Shown piece by piece: positions 1-12,358 of a stretch of 64,000 nt of DNA; position 1 is the first letter of the stretch; every line of letters starts with the position of its first letter. The position numbers were made by a program, and so were the translations under genes. Location of the stretch: positions 8,060,001 through 8,124,000 of the forward strand of contig CP110439.1 in NCBI GenBank assembly GCA_026914245.1, read 5' to 3'. The DNA comes from Puccinia triticina. Lineage: Eukaryota. Under the pieces are notes generated by a model, which did no database searches, had not been told where the DNA came from, and saw only the letters and a list, made by a program, of their open reading frames with translations.

Positions 1-199
1 AGAAACAAAAAAATCTCAATACTATACTGGCCAGATGTGGCCAGTACCACTACTCAGTAGGGATTAAAATCTATCTATTTCTTGGGCTTGGGGATCAGAG
101 CACCCAAAGCCTTTCCAGCCTCAGCAAAGTCCCCTGAAAGGGAAAAATCCTCACAATGCCACATAAGGCTGCTGAAGGATTTTGAAGTAGTTGAAGGGA

Positions 200-330
200 A
201 CAGACAACCATGTCTGGAGCCACAGAGAACAATCTCTCAACAGAACAAGACCTAACTGGTGGTCCTAAATAAGCCCTTGCTATTGCCGCAAGGACCAGGT
301 AGGTGGCATGGTTCACCTGTACAATCATCA
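200..330 (-). pseudogene. Degenerate hAT transposase C-terminal dimerisation domain fragment
   Basis: Translation YLVLAAIARAYLGPPVRSCSVERLFSVAPDM resembles the hAT dimerisation motif (LA..AR.YL..P.SS..VERLFS). The flanking DNA is CpG-poor and has no intact ORF. Confidence 0.6.
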
Positions 331-1199
331 GGAGCCCACATGTCATTGCCTTATGTTTACACCTGGTTAAGCGCGTTATCGCGGTAACCAGGGGCAAAAA
401 AAGTTACTATACCTGTATTTTTTGTTTCAGAGAAAAACCACAGAATACTATATGGGCCAATTGCAGCAAGGGCCAATACTAGTACAGTTATTAGTATAGG
501 TTGGTACAACCAGACCTATACAATAACAGAAAGGCCTGGCTATAGTAGAGTATACTATAGGCCCATTGTTGGCAGGCTGAAGGCTGCTGACTTGAGATAG
601 AGTTTTAGCAACTGTTATTCTGTGGTGCTGCAGCCGTTCTATTGATTTTTTGGCTTATTGTCAGCATCTACTCTTTTTCATCTGAAGTTCAAGCTAGCTC
701 TGCTTACTGGGCCAGGATTGTTTCCTCTTTTTGACCTAGCTTAGGTGCAACACCAGGACCTTACCACCAAGATTTTCTGTTAATCAGTTTTGGTGGTGTT
801 AGTCCTGCTTGTGTGCTTTTTTTCCTAGCTGAGAGGACTTGGCATCTCACCTCCTTTTATTCCTTTCTGGTTTGAGGTCAGGTGTTTGACATGTTAAAGC
901 GGGGACAAGCATTTAGATTTTTCCTTGTTGGTTAGCTGTTCAGAAACTCAAGTACTCACCTGAGGTGTTTATCAAGATTCTGTCCAGTAACAACAATTGA
1001 CAGAGGTTTTATATTTTATCCATCTTGCTGCTTGTGTTGTTGGTACCTACATTCACCAAATAGGTGCTATCAGTTTCTCCAACTTCACGAGTGGCTTGGG
1101 CTGCGGGAAAGGGTTCACTTTGCTTACCTAACTCCACAGCTTCTGAGTTTTGCGGCACCCTCCTCAGCTTATGAGCAGGGGGCCGGTCTCCAGGGCCTG

Positions 1200-1340
1200 T
1201 ATTCTGACAGAGCCTACCTTCTTGCCTATTCTTACAGAGCCTACCTTCTTGTCTATTATTACAGAGCCTACCTTCTTGCCTATTATTACAGAGCCTAACT
1301 TCTTGCCTATTCTTAAAGAGCCTACCTTCTTGCCTACTAA
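1200..1340. repeat. 27-bp tandem repeat, about 5 copies
   Basis: Unit cagagcctaccttcttgcctatt(c/a)tta repeated head to tail. Confidence 0.9.
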
Positions 1341-2620
1341 AGAAAGCTATGTCAAAAGTGGCAATATTGAGATTTCTATGTGTGTTTCAAGAAACCCATT
1401 TTTTATTCTCTAGAGGGGCTTTGAGGGTTGTGAAAGGGGTGTGATGGTGGTCCGCCCCTACAATCAATCTGTAATTCCTGTGACATATTGGCCAAATTTA
1501 CCAGTGATACGTGATTTCAACCTGATTGATGCCTTTTTTTAAAAAAAATCAACAAGTTCAGAATATGTGGTAGATCATCAGGATTACAAGGTGACATTGG
1601 ATTCTCAAATTTTGGAGAGGTTGAGTGTCATCTGAGGGGTTTTATGGCCTTTCCAGCCATTTTGCTGGTGCTGCTCACACAAGAACCCCAACATTGCTTG
1701 CAAGTCCCTCCCTGGCGGTAAGGTGCTTACACCTTGTGAGCACGGGAGGGACTTTCTTTAATTTTTGTGATGAATGATCCTTGAAAAAGTGATGAAAAGA
1801 CATCTTCTGCAGAAGTTTCAAGACCATACTTGTATCTTCAATGTGTTTCAAGCCGTTTAGGCTCCAACATGTTTTGTCCACTCAAGCTCACTGAAACCTA
1901 CTGAACCTGAATCCCAGGACATTTAGAATTATGGCACTGCTGAAATTTAGTCAACATCACCAGCCAATTCTGTCTGCCAGCAGGACCCTAAATGTGGGGA
2001 ATTTAAAGTCTGGAATTTTGGCTAAATTCATACATCAGGGGGGCACCAGGAAATGGCCTTTTTGGGGCCAATTCATAAATTTTCATGTGTATACTTGAGG
2101 CAAAATCCCCCAAACCCAGACAAAAACCAGGGTTTCACAGGTAGTATAAACCTTGGTGGAAATTTCATAAATTTCTGTCATGTTTGATGCCTAACTGTTG
2201 AGTGGTAGCTGTTGAAACTTGATGTACTTCCTGTGGCATCATCACTTGCTGACATCTGAAACTGTTGAAAGAATTCAGAAAACTAAAAGGTTTATCTTTA
2301 TTTTTATAAGTATAAACACCATGGGAGTTTGCTTGGCACTTGCGTGCAAGTGCCATTGTACATTATTGTTTAAGGACCCTGTTAGATATATCCTGGAACT
2401 TGAGCCTCAATGTATGCTGAACTCATGATGAATTTATGTTCAACTTATGCTCAATTGAGCTGAAGGCACTTTGGAAAGGAGTTGAATTCAATTTAAAACC
2501 AGCTCCAACTTGACTCTAGTCATTACTGGAACTATTTCAGAACACATTTTCAACTACCTTGCAAAGCAATATCAAATCCTTGGCAGAAACAAGGTATTTA
2601 CCACAGGAATCATATATTTC

Positions 2621-2927
2621 TAGAGCTGGCCCCTATCATCTGTTGGTGGGTACTTGGCAGCCGCGGGCGGGTACCTGTGGAAGTGCGCAGGTATCCGCCG
2701 GGTGCGGGTGCAGGTGTTCAGTCTGGGTCCAAATTCAGGCAGGTACCTGCACACAAATCACCATTCTGCACAGCTCTGCTTGCCCCTAGTGCCCATTGGC
2801 GGGTACTAGGTACCTGTGCGTGGGTACCTGTGGAAGTACACAGGTAACAGCCAGCAGGTGCGGGTTTCCATTCTGGGTCAAAATTCAGGATGAGGTGCAG
2901 GTACCCGGGTGCAAAGTGCCAGCTCTA
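2621..2927. mobile_element. hAT-type MITE, copy 1
   Basis: TIR TAGAGCTGGC...GCCAGCTCTA, perfect 8-bp TSD TATATTTC (2613-2620 and 2928-2935), internal GGTACC-rich subterminal repeats. Confidence 0.9.
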
Positions 2928-3001
2928 TATATTTCATTCTATCATGTGTTTATCATAAATCCCAAAAAGCTCGAGATATTTGAGTGGTACACAAAAAGAT
3001 A

Positions 3002-3450
3002 CATGTGTAAGTTTGTGTGACACATTCTTTAGTTGGTGAATGTTTTCACAAAATATTTGAAGTTCTGGGAAAAGTCCAGCGGAAAAAACCTCATATTAAT
3101 CAGGAGTTGTGTATGACTTCAGAAAATATCCCCAAAATCATTTGTGTAAATATGGCTGAAAGTTATAAACAATTTTTGAAGGGTCCACCTAAGCCCCTGG
3201 CTCTGCATGAGCACTCAGGTTGGCATCACTTGGCTCAGTGATGAAAAATGTGACACACCAGCACAAATGTGTAAATTTGTGTGACACATTCTTCAGCTGC
3301 TAAATTTTTTCCCAAGGGGGTTAAAATTCTGGGACAAGTCCAGGGGAGCCTCAGATTACCCAGGGTTTGTGAATTAATTCAGAAAATATCCTCAACAGGA
3401 TTTCTGTACTGATGGATGAAAATCAGATACAATTATTAAAGGATTCAGCT
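3002..3450. repeat. Diverged tandem duplication, period about 265 bp
   Basis: atgtgtaa(g/a)tttgtgtgacacattct...ttctggga(a/c)aagtccag...ttcagaaaatatcc occurs at ~3003 and ~3267. Confidence 0.65.
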
Positions 3451-3653
3451 AATTTGACCCCCCTGGGATCGTGGGGTACTCATCTTGGCATTATACGGCT
3501 GGGTGATGGTCTACGTTTCACACGAACGCGCGCGCGTATGTTTGTGTGACACAATGTGTCACAGAAACCCGCACAGTTTACATGTTTTTGTGACAGTTGG
3601 CCCCACAGCGCCAAAGTCAAACCGTAGTACCAGAGCAAAATCAGACCTCCCAC

Positions 3654-3978
3654 TAGAGCTGACACTTTGCACCTGGGTACCCGCGGTGGGTGTGGTTACC
3701 TGCCTGAATTTTGACACAGAATGGACACCCCCACATGTACCCAGCACCCGCCGGCAGTTACCTGCGTACTTCCATGGTTACCCACCCACAGGTACCTAGT
3801 ACCCGCCAATGGGCACTAGGGGCAAACAGAGCTGTGCAGAATGGTGATTTGTGTGAGGGTACCTCATGCCTAAATTTGGACCCAGACTGGACACCTGCAC
3901 CCGCACCCGGCGGATACCTGCGCACTTCCACGGGTACCCGCCCATGTATCCACCAACGGGTACTAGGGACCAGCTCTA
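3654..3978. mobile_element. hAT-type MITE, copy 2 (inverted relative to copy 1)
   Basis: Reverse complement of 2621-2927, TIR TAGAGCTG...CAGCTCTA, 8-bp TSD CCTCCCAC/CCTCACAC (7/8 match). Confidence 0.85.
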
Positions 3979-6452
3979 CCTCACACAGTTTCACTACACT
4001 CCATCCAAAGTTTTAAACATGTGTGATAGAAACAACTTAAAAAGAACTGGCAGCTTTTTGGTGTGTGCCCTGAAAATAAATACAAAAACGGTTTCAGAGA
4101 AAACTACTGGGTATGGGTTTCCAAAGAGGTCAAAAACCATGATAATTGAAATATGAGGAACTTTGGTCAAGCTTGAGGATCAAGTAAACCTTATCATTAA
4201 ATTGGCCTGGTTTTCAGCATAGGTATGGCATACATTTTACACACACATTGCACAACACATTTGGTATGATTCCAGTTATTATACACTTACTTTGTGGCAG
4301 ACATGAAATTGTCTTCCAACCAGCATCTAACTGAGATCCAACCAAATCTATGACTGAGTTCAGAGATGGCACTTGCAGACAAGTGCCGAGGAAACTCCCA
4401 TGGTGAAAGTGTGCTAAGAATACAATGAGAATAAATGAAAATATCTTTTATACCTAAAAGGCAGATAAAATCTGCTGGCTATTGATTATTTAATAGTATA
4501 TAAAGAAAAATATTCTTGAGGTAAACAAGGCTGAGTAATAACCTTATGACTAAGAAATAAAGATGATACTCGTTAGCACACAACAATTTTGATTGTGAAA
4601 ATGAGTTTTTAAAGTGTTATTACTTTTGTTCAATAATGCTGTACAGGATTTAAGCAAATCTCTAGGCCTTTTCTTTGAGATCAATAACTGATAGTTCAGA
4701 CAGTTTATTATAAACTGTTTATCAGTTTCCTTTCATCTTGATATAAGATTTATTTTTAACAATCATTCAACTCACCACCAGGTGAAGTTATTTGAGTTAT
4801 CAACTTCTTGTTGATTTTGATTTTAGATAGCTTTGTTCTGATGGTTGATGTCAAGAAGAATTGATTAGATCCTTGTTGACCGTTGATAAGGATTAGAATC
4901 ATTAATTCACCTTGAGTTCAATGATTCTCGATCTTTGCTATCAATGTTTGATCATCAAGCATACTGCTCTTTTGCCAATCAGCTGTTCCATCACGGATCA
5001 GTTTGAATCTGCACATGAAAGAAAATCTTTCAGTTTTTTAACTTCCATGAGTACATGTGAAACACATGTTGCTCACCAGGAATTTTTTCTCTTTTGAGAG
5101 TTTGTGTCATAAGACAAATTCCAACAACTGTGGTGTGCGCGGATCTTGTGTACCGCTCAGTCAAAGTTGTATCATCATCAATCATAACCTAATCTAGCTT
5201 GCTCACTCTCCCCAGTCCTCATTCTCTCTATCCGCCAATAAACCAAATTATCCTTTCCTTCTTCTTTATTCCTTCAATCTTTGACCTCTCCTCAAACTCC
5301 AATCTCTCTCTCAAATCAATCACCAACTCAACTCCATCTAGCTGCAATAATCATCATCAGTGCATCACATCTTCAATCAGCTCAAGCTTCTTCTCTGAGG
5401 ACTTCTTGTCCCTTTCTCAACTTGGTGAGAAGCAAACCAGCAACCCTATTGACTTTGGGGCAGGCTAAATGCACTACCAAACTTTACTACACCACCGGTG
5501 CGATCGGACGGATTCTTAAAATCGCCCTGACATCAGTGTCGCCAAGATGTCAGTGCGACACTCTACAAAATCAGGGCAATGTTAGGAGAAGGTTGGCATC
5601 GGCTTGATGCCCGGGTTGATGTCGGTCAAACTTGATCGTAGCCCTGCTGTCCCAAGAGAAATGTCACCAGGATGTTGCTTTGCTGTGACATCCTGGTAGT
5701 ATCTGAGCGGCGATCCCCGCGACACACGCATTGCACGGGCGTTGAGTATGCTGGTGCGCTCGCGCAAAGAGCAATTTATTAGATATAGGTGTTGCTGCAG
5801 TGCCCCTCCCGGCAGGCACTGTAGTCAATGTGGGGATGCGTTCCGCTGTCCCCAGCAGCTGCATGGTGAGTGTTTGATTCCCACCTGAAGCAGGGCTTCC
5901 CTCGGGGTGCCTGAGTGCTTTTTGAGGGGGTGGATATCTTCCCGCGGCATCACCCCGACGCCTCCAGCACATTGAGGCGTTGTCGGTGCCTGACACCCGC
6001 CTGACATAATGTTGTGGCAACCCGACTAGGACGTAAAGTCTTTCAGGGGCTGGCAATATTGCCCCAATATTGCCAAGGCATTGGGCCAATATCCAGCTGC
6101 ACCGGTGGTGTACATGTACTCCAAAAATGGAGTGCACAATTGTGTACTGCAAAAATATTGGAGTGTACAACGGTTCACTCCATGAATTACTGGATTAAAC
6201 ATACAGCCACTCCAAAAAATGTTCAGTTTTTGGATTGTTTAATCCTTATTTTGGAGTGCACTATTGTCCACTCCTTTTTCAACTTTTTTTTCTATTTTTT
6301 GCTCTGGGAAATGGAGTGCAACACAATTCACTCCTATACTAAACACAAGGTCTGCCTCCAAGACCTTCCAGGTTTGCTTGAACTTGTTCAAAAATGGCCT
6401 GACTTGAGTCTATAGATATAAGGATTTGGAATCCCAAGTTTCTTTTTTCTTT

Positions 6453-8992
6453 GGGTCAGCCTAACTGCACTCCAATATTTTACTGTGTGCACTCCACATT
6501 TCTGGTGTTGGGCTCCAGCACTCCAAAAATGTTGGATTGCCTTGATGTTGAACTCCCAAAACATGGAGTCCCTAGATGGGCACTCCATGTTTATTGGAGT
6601 CAACTGGGTACTCCAAAATTGACCAAAATAGGGGAGTGCAGCTAGATGCACTCCAAAAAAAAATCGAGTGCAAGCCCAAACACTCCACATTTTCAGTGAA
6701 GGATTCTGGCTTTGCACTCCAGCTGGCAAATACCAAATGGAGTGCATTGGGGTGCACTCCAAGTATCCTTTTTTTTTGGAGTTTTCACAGCACATAGCCC
6801 GAGTGGAGTACACTGACCAGCCATCAAGTGGCATACACCCTCAATGACCGGTCAGTGCTGGTCAGCTAGGGGAAAAACATCTCCTCAAGATGACCGGTCT
6901 GGGCCGTCATTGCACCCCGGCCAGCAAGTGGGGCTTGTACTCCACTTGAAAACCAACCGTAAAGCCATGTACACACCCCACCTGGTGGATTGAGTGCAGT
7001 ACACACTCACCTCAATGATCGGCAATTGAGCGGAGGACACACCCCACTTGATGGCCAATCACCAAGTAGATTGCCACTCAATGGTCATTGAGTGGAGGAG
7101 ACCCACTAAATGGCCAAGGTGCTACTCCCCTTGGTGACCGGCACAGACCGGCAATTGAGAGAAGATTTCACTCCCCTTGATGACTGGCACAGACCGGTCA
7201 TTGAGGGATGTTACTCCCCTCAATAACCGGCACAGGCAGGTCATCAAGAGATGTAACTCACCTCAATGACCGGTGATAACCAGTCATTGAGAGATGTTAC
7301 TCCCCTCATTTACCGGCACAGACTGCTCATCAAGAGATGTGACTCACCTTGATGACTGGTGATGACCGGTCATCAAGAGGAGGTGTTATTACCCTTGATG
7401 ACCGGTCTGTGCTGGTCATTGAGGGGAGCAACATCTCTCAATGACCGGTCTGTGCCGGTCATTGGGAGGTGTGACTGATGACTGGTCCCCACTGGTCATC
7501 AAGAGGTGTGAGTCCCCTTGATGACTGGTCCACGCTGGTCATCAAGAGGTGTGAGTCCCCTTGATGACCGGTCCCTGCTGTTCATCAAGAGGTGTGAGTC
7601 CCCTTGATGACCGGTCCCCACCGGCACCGGTCATTGAGAGGTGTGAGTCCCCTCAATGACCGGTCTGCGCCGGTCATTGAGAGGTATGAGTCCCCTCAAT
7701 GACTGGTCCGGGCCGGTCATTGAGAGGTATGAGTCCCCTCAATGACCGGCCATCAAGAGGTGTGACTGATGACCGGTCCGTGCCGGTCATTGAGAGGTGT
7801 GATTTCCCTCAATGACCGGCGGTCCTGCACAGACGGGCGATTGAGAGGAGATTTCAATCCGCTCTATGCCGGTATGTGCCGGTGTGAGGATAAAGGCTGG
7901 TATGTTGGTGGAAATGTCCACTAACCACCCTCTTCAAGATGTGTTTGGGCTGTGTGATTATTGGTAACTCAGCTCCGCACTGCTACTATCTGCTAGCACT
8001 CCTCTCTGAGCCTGATCTATAGCGTAATAATCCGCAAGTGAATACAGCTCCACACTCTGCAAGCACAGAATCCGCAAATAACGCTTCAAGTAAAGATAAG
8101 ATCACGTATAACTCTCCTAATACTCTAGTACGTCCGTAAGTGTAAGTACAACTAATGAGTAATCCGTAAGATGATAGGAGAGAGAGAAGAGAAACCGTGA
8201 GCCTTTCCCCCGTCCTTCCCTCCACGCACATCACCGCTCCCACCCAATCCCGCAGATCCGACACTTTGCCACACTAGTCCTTCAGCTCGGCCCGCTTTCC
8301 GCACCTCATTGTCCCAGACTCCGCTCCTCCCCAACGCTTGCCCTGCCACCTTCCTCTGTCTATCCCCCGCCAGTCAGTCTCTTGCCACCGCCTCTGCCCC
8401 AGTTCCACCCGCTTCAGCTGACACGGCTCACCTGCTGACCTGCCGCTGCTACCAGTCCACGTGTGTAGTCCGCCGCAGTCCAGCCCCGTCTTTCCGCTCC
8501 AGTCCGGATACCCAATCCGCAATCCATGTGCGACTTTCCGTAAGCTTTCTCAGTGTGTTTTTCTGACATCATCCTCAGTGCTTATGTCACCAGAAAGCAC
8601 TCTGCCTGCGCCGCTCTGTGCGTTCCCCCCCCCCGCGCCATCTCCGAGAGGACATTCTACCACGCATGCCTATATAAACCACCACGCCAGTCATGATCAG
8701 GAGGGGGGCTGGAGTGCACAGGACTGCACTCCCCTCTTGAGGAGGAGAAATACCAGGAATGGAGTGCTGGGGGAATGCACTCCGATCTGATGGAGTGAGA
8801 CTCCGGGGCACCCATTACATTTCCAGGCCACTGGAGTTCTTGATGGTGCACTCCAAAGAATCTGGAGTGCCCGGTTCTGCCCTCCAATGGACTTGGAGTG
8901 TTCAGCACTCCAACAATCATTGGTGTGCACACTCCATACACTCGCTTTTGGAGTGCTTTTAGGATTTTCTTGGAGTGCATTCAGGCTCACCG
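6453..8992. mobile_element. Non-autonomous Mutator-like (MULE) element, 2.5 kb
   Basis: Imperfect TIR GGGTCAGCCTAACTGCACTCCAA / CGGTGAGCCTGAATGCACTCCAA (rc of right end), 19/23 match. 9-bp TSD TTTTTCTTT (6444-6452 and 8993-9001). Many GCACTCCA/TGGAGTGC subterminal motifs at both ends. Confidence 0.75.
6840..7860. repeat. Hairpin-unit minisatellite, period about 40 bp
   Basis: Repeated ct(t/c)(g/a)atgaccgg-N-ccggtcat(c/t)(a/g)ag palindromes separated by aggtgtgagtccc. The unit orientation flips near 7370-7400. Confidence 0.85.
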
Positions 8993-9002
8993 TTTTTCTT
9001 TT

Positions 9003-10209
9003 GGGTCAATCTAAATGCACGCCACTTTTTGACTAGATGCACGCCAAAAAAGTGGCGTGCGCGCCTGTACGCCAAAATAAATGGCGTACAGGAGCAGTGC
9101 ACGCCATTTTTTTTGGCGTGCGTAGCCCTGAACGCCAAAAATACTCTTTTTTGGAAGAATTTTGGCGTGCACAAACCCTCCACGCCATTTTTTTTGGTGT
9201 ACAGGCTTTGCACGCCACTTTTTTGGCGTGCATCTAGTCAAAAAGTGGCGTGCACCATGTTGAATGCAATTTTTTTGGCAGGAACAGTTGCGCACAACAA
9301 AATAGGGTGTGACCACTGCGGCCCAATGACATATTTCATGTACTATCCATAGTGCCTCCGCCAAGCTCTGCACTATGAATAGTGCCTGCGCCAAGCTCCA
9401 CCACTATGAATAGTGCCTCCGCCAAGCTCCACCACTATGAATAGTGCCTCCGCCAAGCTCCACCACTATGAATAGTGCCTCCGCCAAGCTCCACCACTAT
9501 GAATAGTGCCTCCGCCAAGCTCCACCACTATGAATAGTGCCTCCGCCAAGCTCCACCAAGCTCCACCACTATGAATAGTGCCTCCGCCAAGCTCCACCAC
9601 TATGAATAGTGCCTCCGCCAAGCTCCACCACTATGAATAGTGCCTCCGCCAAGCTCCACCACTATGAATAGTGCCTCCGCCAAGCTCCACCACTATGAAT
9701 AGTGCCTCCGCCAAGCTCCACCACTATGAATAGTGCCTCCGCCAAGCTCCACCACTATGAATAGTGCCTCTGCCAAGCCCCGCCACTATAAATAGTGACT
9801 CCGCCATGACTCCGCCACTATAAATAGTGACTCCGCCAAGCTTGGCCACTATGAAAACTATTCATCCTGGCACTATTCATAGTGGCGGAGGCACTATTCA
9901 TCATGCCGTTGGGGCGCAGTGGCCAACTGTGCCGCCAAAAAAACTGCATGTAAAACGGTGCACGCCAACTTTTGACTATATGCACGCCAAAAAAGTGGCG
10001 TGCAACGCCTGTACGCCAAAAAAAATGGCGTGGAGGGTTTGTGCACGCCAAAATTCTTCCAAAAAGGAGTATTTTTGGCGTTCAGGGCTACGCACGCCAA
10101 ACAAATGGCGTGCACTGCTCCTGTACGCCATTTATTTTGGCGTACAGGCGTGCACGCCACTTTTTTGGCGTGCATCTAGTCAAAAAGTGGCGTGCATTTA
10201 GATTGACCC
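9003..10209. mobile_element. Foldback Mutator-like MITE with long TIRs
   Basis: GGGTCAATCTAAATGCACGCC...GGCGTGCATTTAGATTGACCC, inverted arms of about 250-290 bp, perfect 9-bp TSD TTTTCTTTT (8994-9002 and 10210-10218). Confidence 0.92.
9343..9853. repeat. 31-bp tandem array (about 15 copies) inside the foldback MITE
   Basis: Unit ccactatgaatagtgcctccgccaagctcca, nearly identical copies with no spacers. A partial inverted copy follows at ~9870-9900. Confidence 0.95.
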
Positions 10210-10371
10210 TTTTCTTTTTGGTTTCCTTATCCCCACAGAACAATTTTGTTTTCTGGTCAGTTGATTTGTCAAAGAAATTCATTTTGCAAATTTTTCTGGA
10301 TCTTACTTGATGAACTCCAAGTTCTTGAGATGCAGTTGTGCACTCCAAAAATTTTGGAGTGCGCAGGATCG

Positions 10372-10467
10372 ACATTGAGTGCATTGTGTGTTGTAACATT
10401 GAGTGCATTGTGTGTTGTAACATTGAGTGCATTGTGTGTTGTAACATTGAGTGCATTGTGTGTTGTG
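10372..10467. repeat. 24-bp tandem repeat x4
   Basis: acattgagtgcattgtgtgttgt(a/g) repeated four times next to GCACTCCA-family sequence. Confidence 0.9.
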
Positions 10468-10966
10468 ACAGAAAGAGGGTCATTCTTGGGGCCACTTATG
10501 TAGATCGAGAGCTGGTTCGAACAAGAGGGCCAGATCCGGCCACAGCACACACCGCCACATAGCCACAGACAGACACCAAACACCAGCTCATATGACAAGA
10601 CAGCCCCAACGGGCTTGTGCAAACTGAAAACCAAAAACTGAAGGAGCAGAAAATAAACAGAGGAGAAGCGTGTGGGCCGCTGCGTCCTATCACACACACA
10701 CACATATATATATATATACTTTACGGGATGTGGGGCCGGGCAGGGTGGGGGTTTTCTTTATTGGCTTGTAAGGAGTGTCTGTGTGATTGAACAGTTCTTT
10801 ATACATATATACATATATATATATATGTGGACGGATGCGTATTTATGTGAAAGAAGAAGACACTGATGCTTATGTTGAGTCACGAAAGAGAAGAAGAAGA
10901 TGATGATGATAAAAGGAAGAACGAGGATGAGTTGATGCTTTCCAAAAAAGAGAGAGAGGATAGTTT

Positions 10967-12066
10967 TTAGTGGAGGGTGGGCGAGACGGAGGGCAGGAGG
11001 CTGTCGTCGAAGGGCATGCGATGGTCGGACGAGTGGCTGATGGAGAGGGAGCTAGCGAGATGGAAGGCGGGGCCTGAGGAGACGTGGCGGGGGGAGACGA
11101 GTGAGTTTTGGGGGAGGAGATGGTGGTGGTGGTGGTGGTGGTCGTTGAAGTGGGTGGAGAAGGCGCGGCGGGGGGAGGTGGTGGTGGTGTTTCTGGAGGG
11201 CGAGAGTCTCCTTGTGATCGGCGATGCGGGGGGGGAGGAGCCGAGGAGGAGGACGCTGGGGGAGATGGGGTCGTGGTGGTGGTGGGTGAAGGCGGGGGAG
11301 GCGGGGCAGGAGGGGCTGGCGATGAGGCCCTCGTTCGGGCGCGAGCTGGTCCGGCCGCCGGCTCCCGGGGCGCCGCCTGCCGATTGGCTGACCCCCCGGG
11401 GCAGCGTCTTCTTCATGCAGTTCTGGATCATCCCCTTGAGCATCGACGGCGGGCGCGGGGTGCCGAGCTGGATGGCCCCGCTGAGATGGTGCAGCTCGGA
11501 GGGGTGGTAGAGCAGGTCTTGGGCCTCCTTGGACGTTGGGGTCGGGGGCTGGGCCGAGATGATGGGCTGGCTGAGCGAGAGATCTGTGAGGAGAGGAAGG
11601 GTTTGTTAGGGAGATTGGGTATATGTGTGTGTGTGTGGAGATAGGGAGCTGACCGATGGAGTTGGGCAGGACGTTATCGCTGGCGCTGAGACTGAGGAAG
11701 AGGAAGAAGGGCACGATCCAGACGCAGAGGGCAAAGAAGGTGGAGATGTCGATGAGCGTGAGCTGGTCGGGGCGTCTGTGGCTGGGGGGGTGTGCGAGCC
11801 AGGCCTGGGGGGCGGGGCGGTGGTTGTGGCTGGCGACGCGGTCGGCGAAGTAGAAGAACCAGGCGAAGTGGTCGAGGATGACGAGTGCGCATGAGGAGAG
11901 GAAGGAGAGGGATGTGAGGGAGATGGAGGGCCAGGCGCGGGAGAAGTTGGAGAGGTAGACGCAGTGGGAGAGGATGCCGAGCAGGGTGAGGGAGAGGGGC
12001 AGGCCGTCGGCGAGGTAGAAGGCCAGATGGAGGAGGATGATGAGCTGCGGGGTGAGTTTCTGTATT

Positions 12067-12116
<50 letters not shown>

Positions 12117-12358
12117 CTTGTGTGGCTTGTGGGGGACTGACCTGGATGAGCTGTTTTCCGAAGCGCTTGGCGGCCTGGGTGTTTTCCTCGATGATCTCTG
12201 CTAGATAGAGCAGGCCGCTGGCTGGAGAGAGCCGCCGGGGGAGGGGGATCAGTGGTCAGGTGTTTGTTGGTTTATGTGGTGTGCTTACCCAGACAGAGGG
12301 TGATGAATGCGATGGCCAGGAGTCCGACGAGGAAGGAGACGAGGTGGAGGAGCAGCAT
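10967..12358 (-). CDS. SVP26: Svp26/TEX261 (Erv26 family) ER-to-Golgi cargo adaptor, 4 exons
   Basis: Exons 12358-12289, 12221-12142, 12044-11654, 11583-10967 joined by GT-AG introns give MLLLHLVSFLVGLLAIAFITLCLASGLLYLAEIIEENT...LDHFAWFFYF...FFALCVWIVPFFLFLSLSASDNVLP, the Erv26 signature, plus a long Pro/Ser/His-rich tail. Confidence 0.9.
12069..12114. repeat. (GT)n microsatellite in SVP26 intron 2
   Basis: Uninterrupted gt run of about 23 units. Confidence 0.95.

Noticed and set aside
2621..3978. Composite transposon formed by the two inverted hAT MITEs
   Set aside because: Each copy has its own distinct 8-bp TSD, so they are independent insertions.
7470..7800. Hammerhead ribozyme cores (CTGATGA followed by a hairpin, at ~7475 and ~7766)
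   Set aside because: The hairpin is followed by tcat, not the required GAAA. The motif arises from a deletion variant of the minisatellite.
9343..9853. CRISPR-like array of 31-bp palindromic repeats
   Set aside because: Units are contiguous with no unique spacers, there are no cas genes, the context is eukaryotic, and the array lies within a MITE.
10977..11894. Long plus-strand and alternative-frame ORFs (also at 33.2-34.0, 36.1-37.8 and 39.4-40.1 kb)
   Set aside because: They are shadow ORFs of GC-rich genes already explained in another frame or strand.
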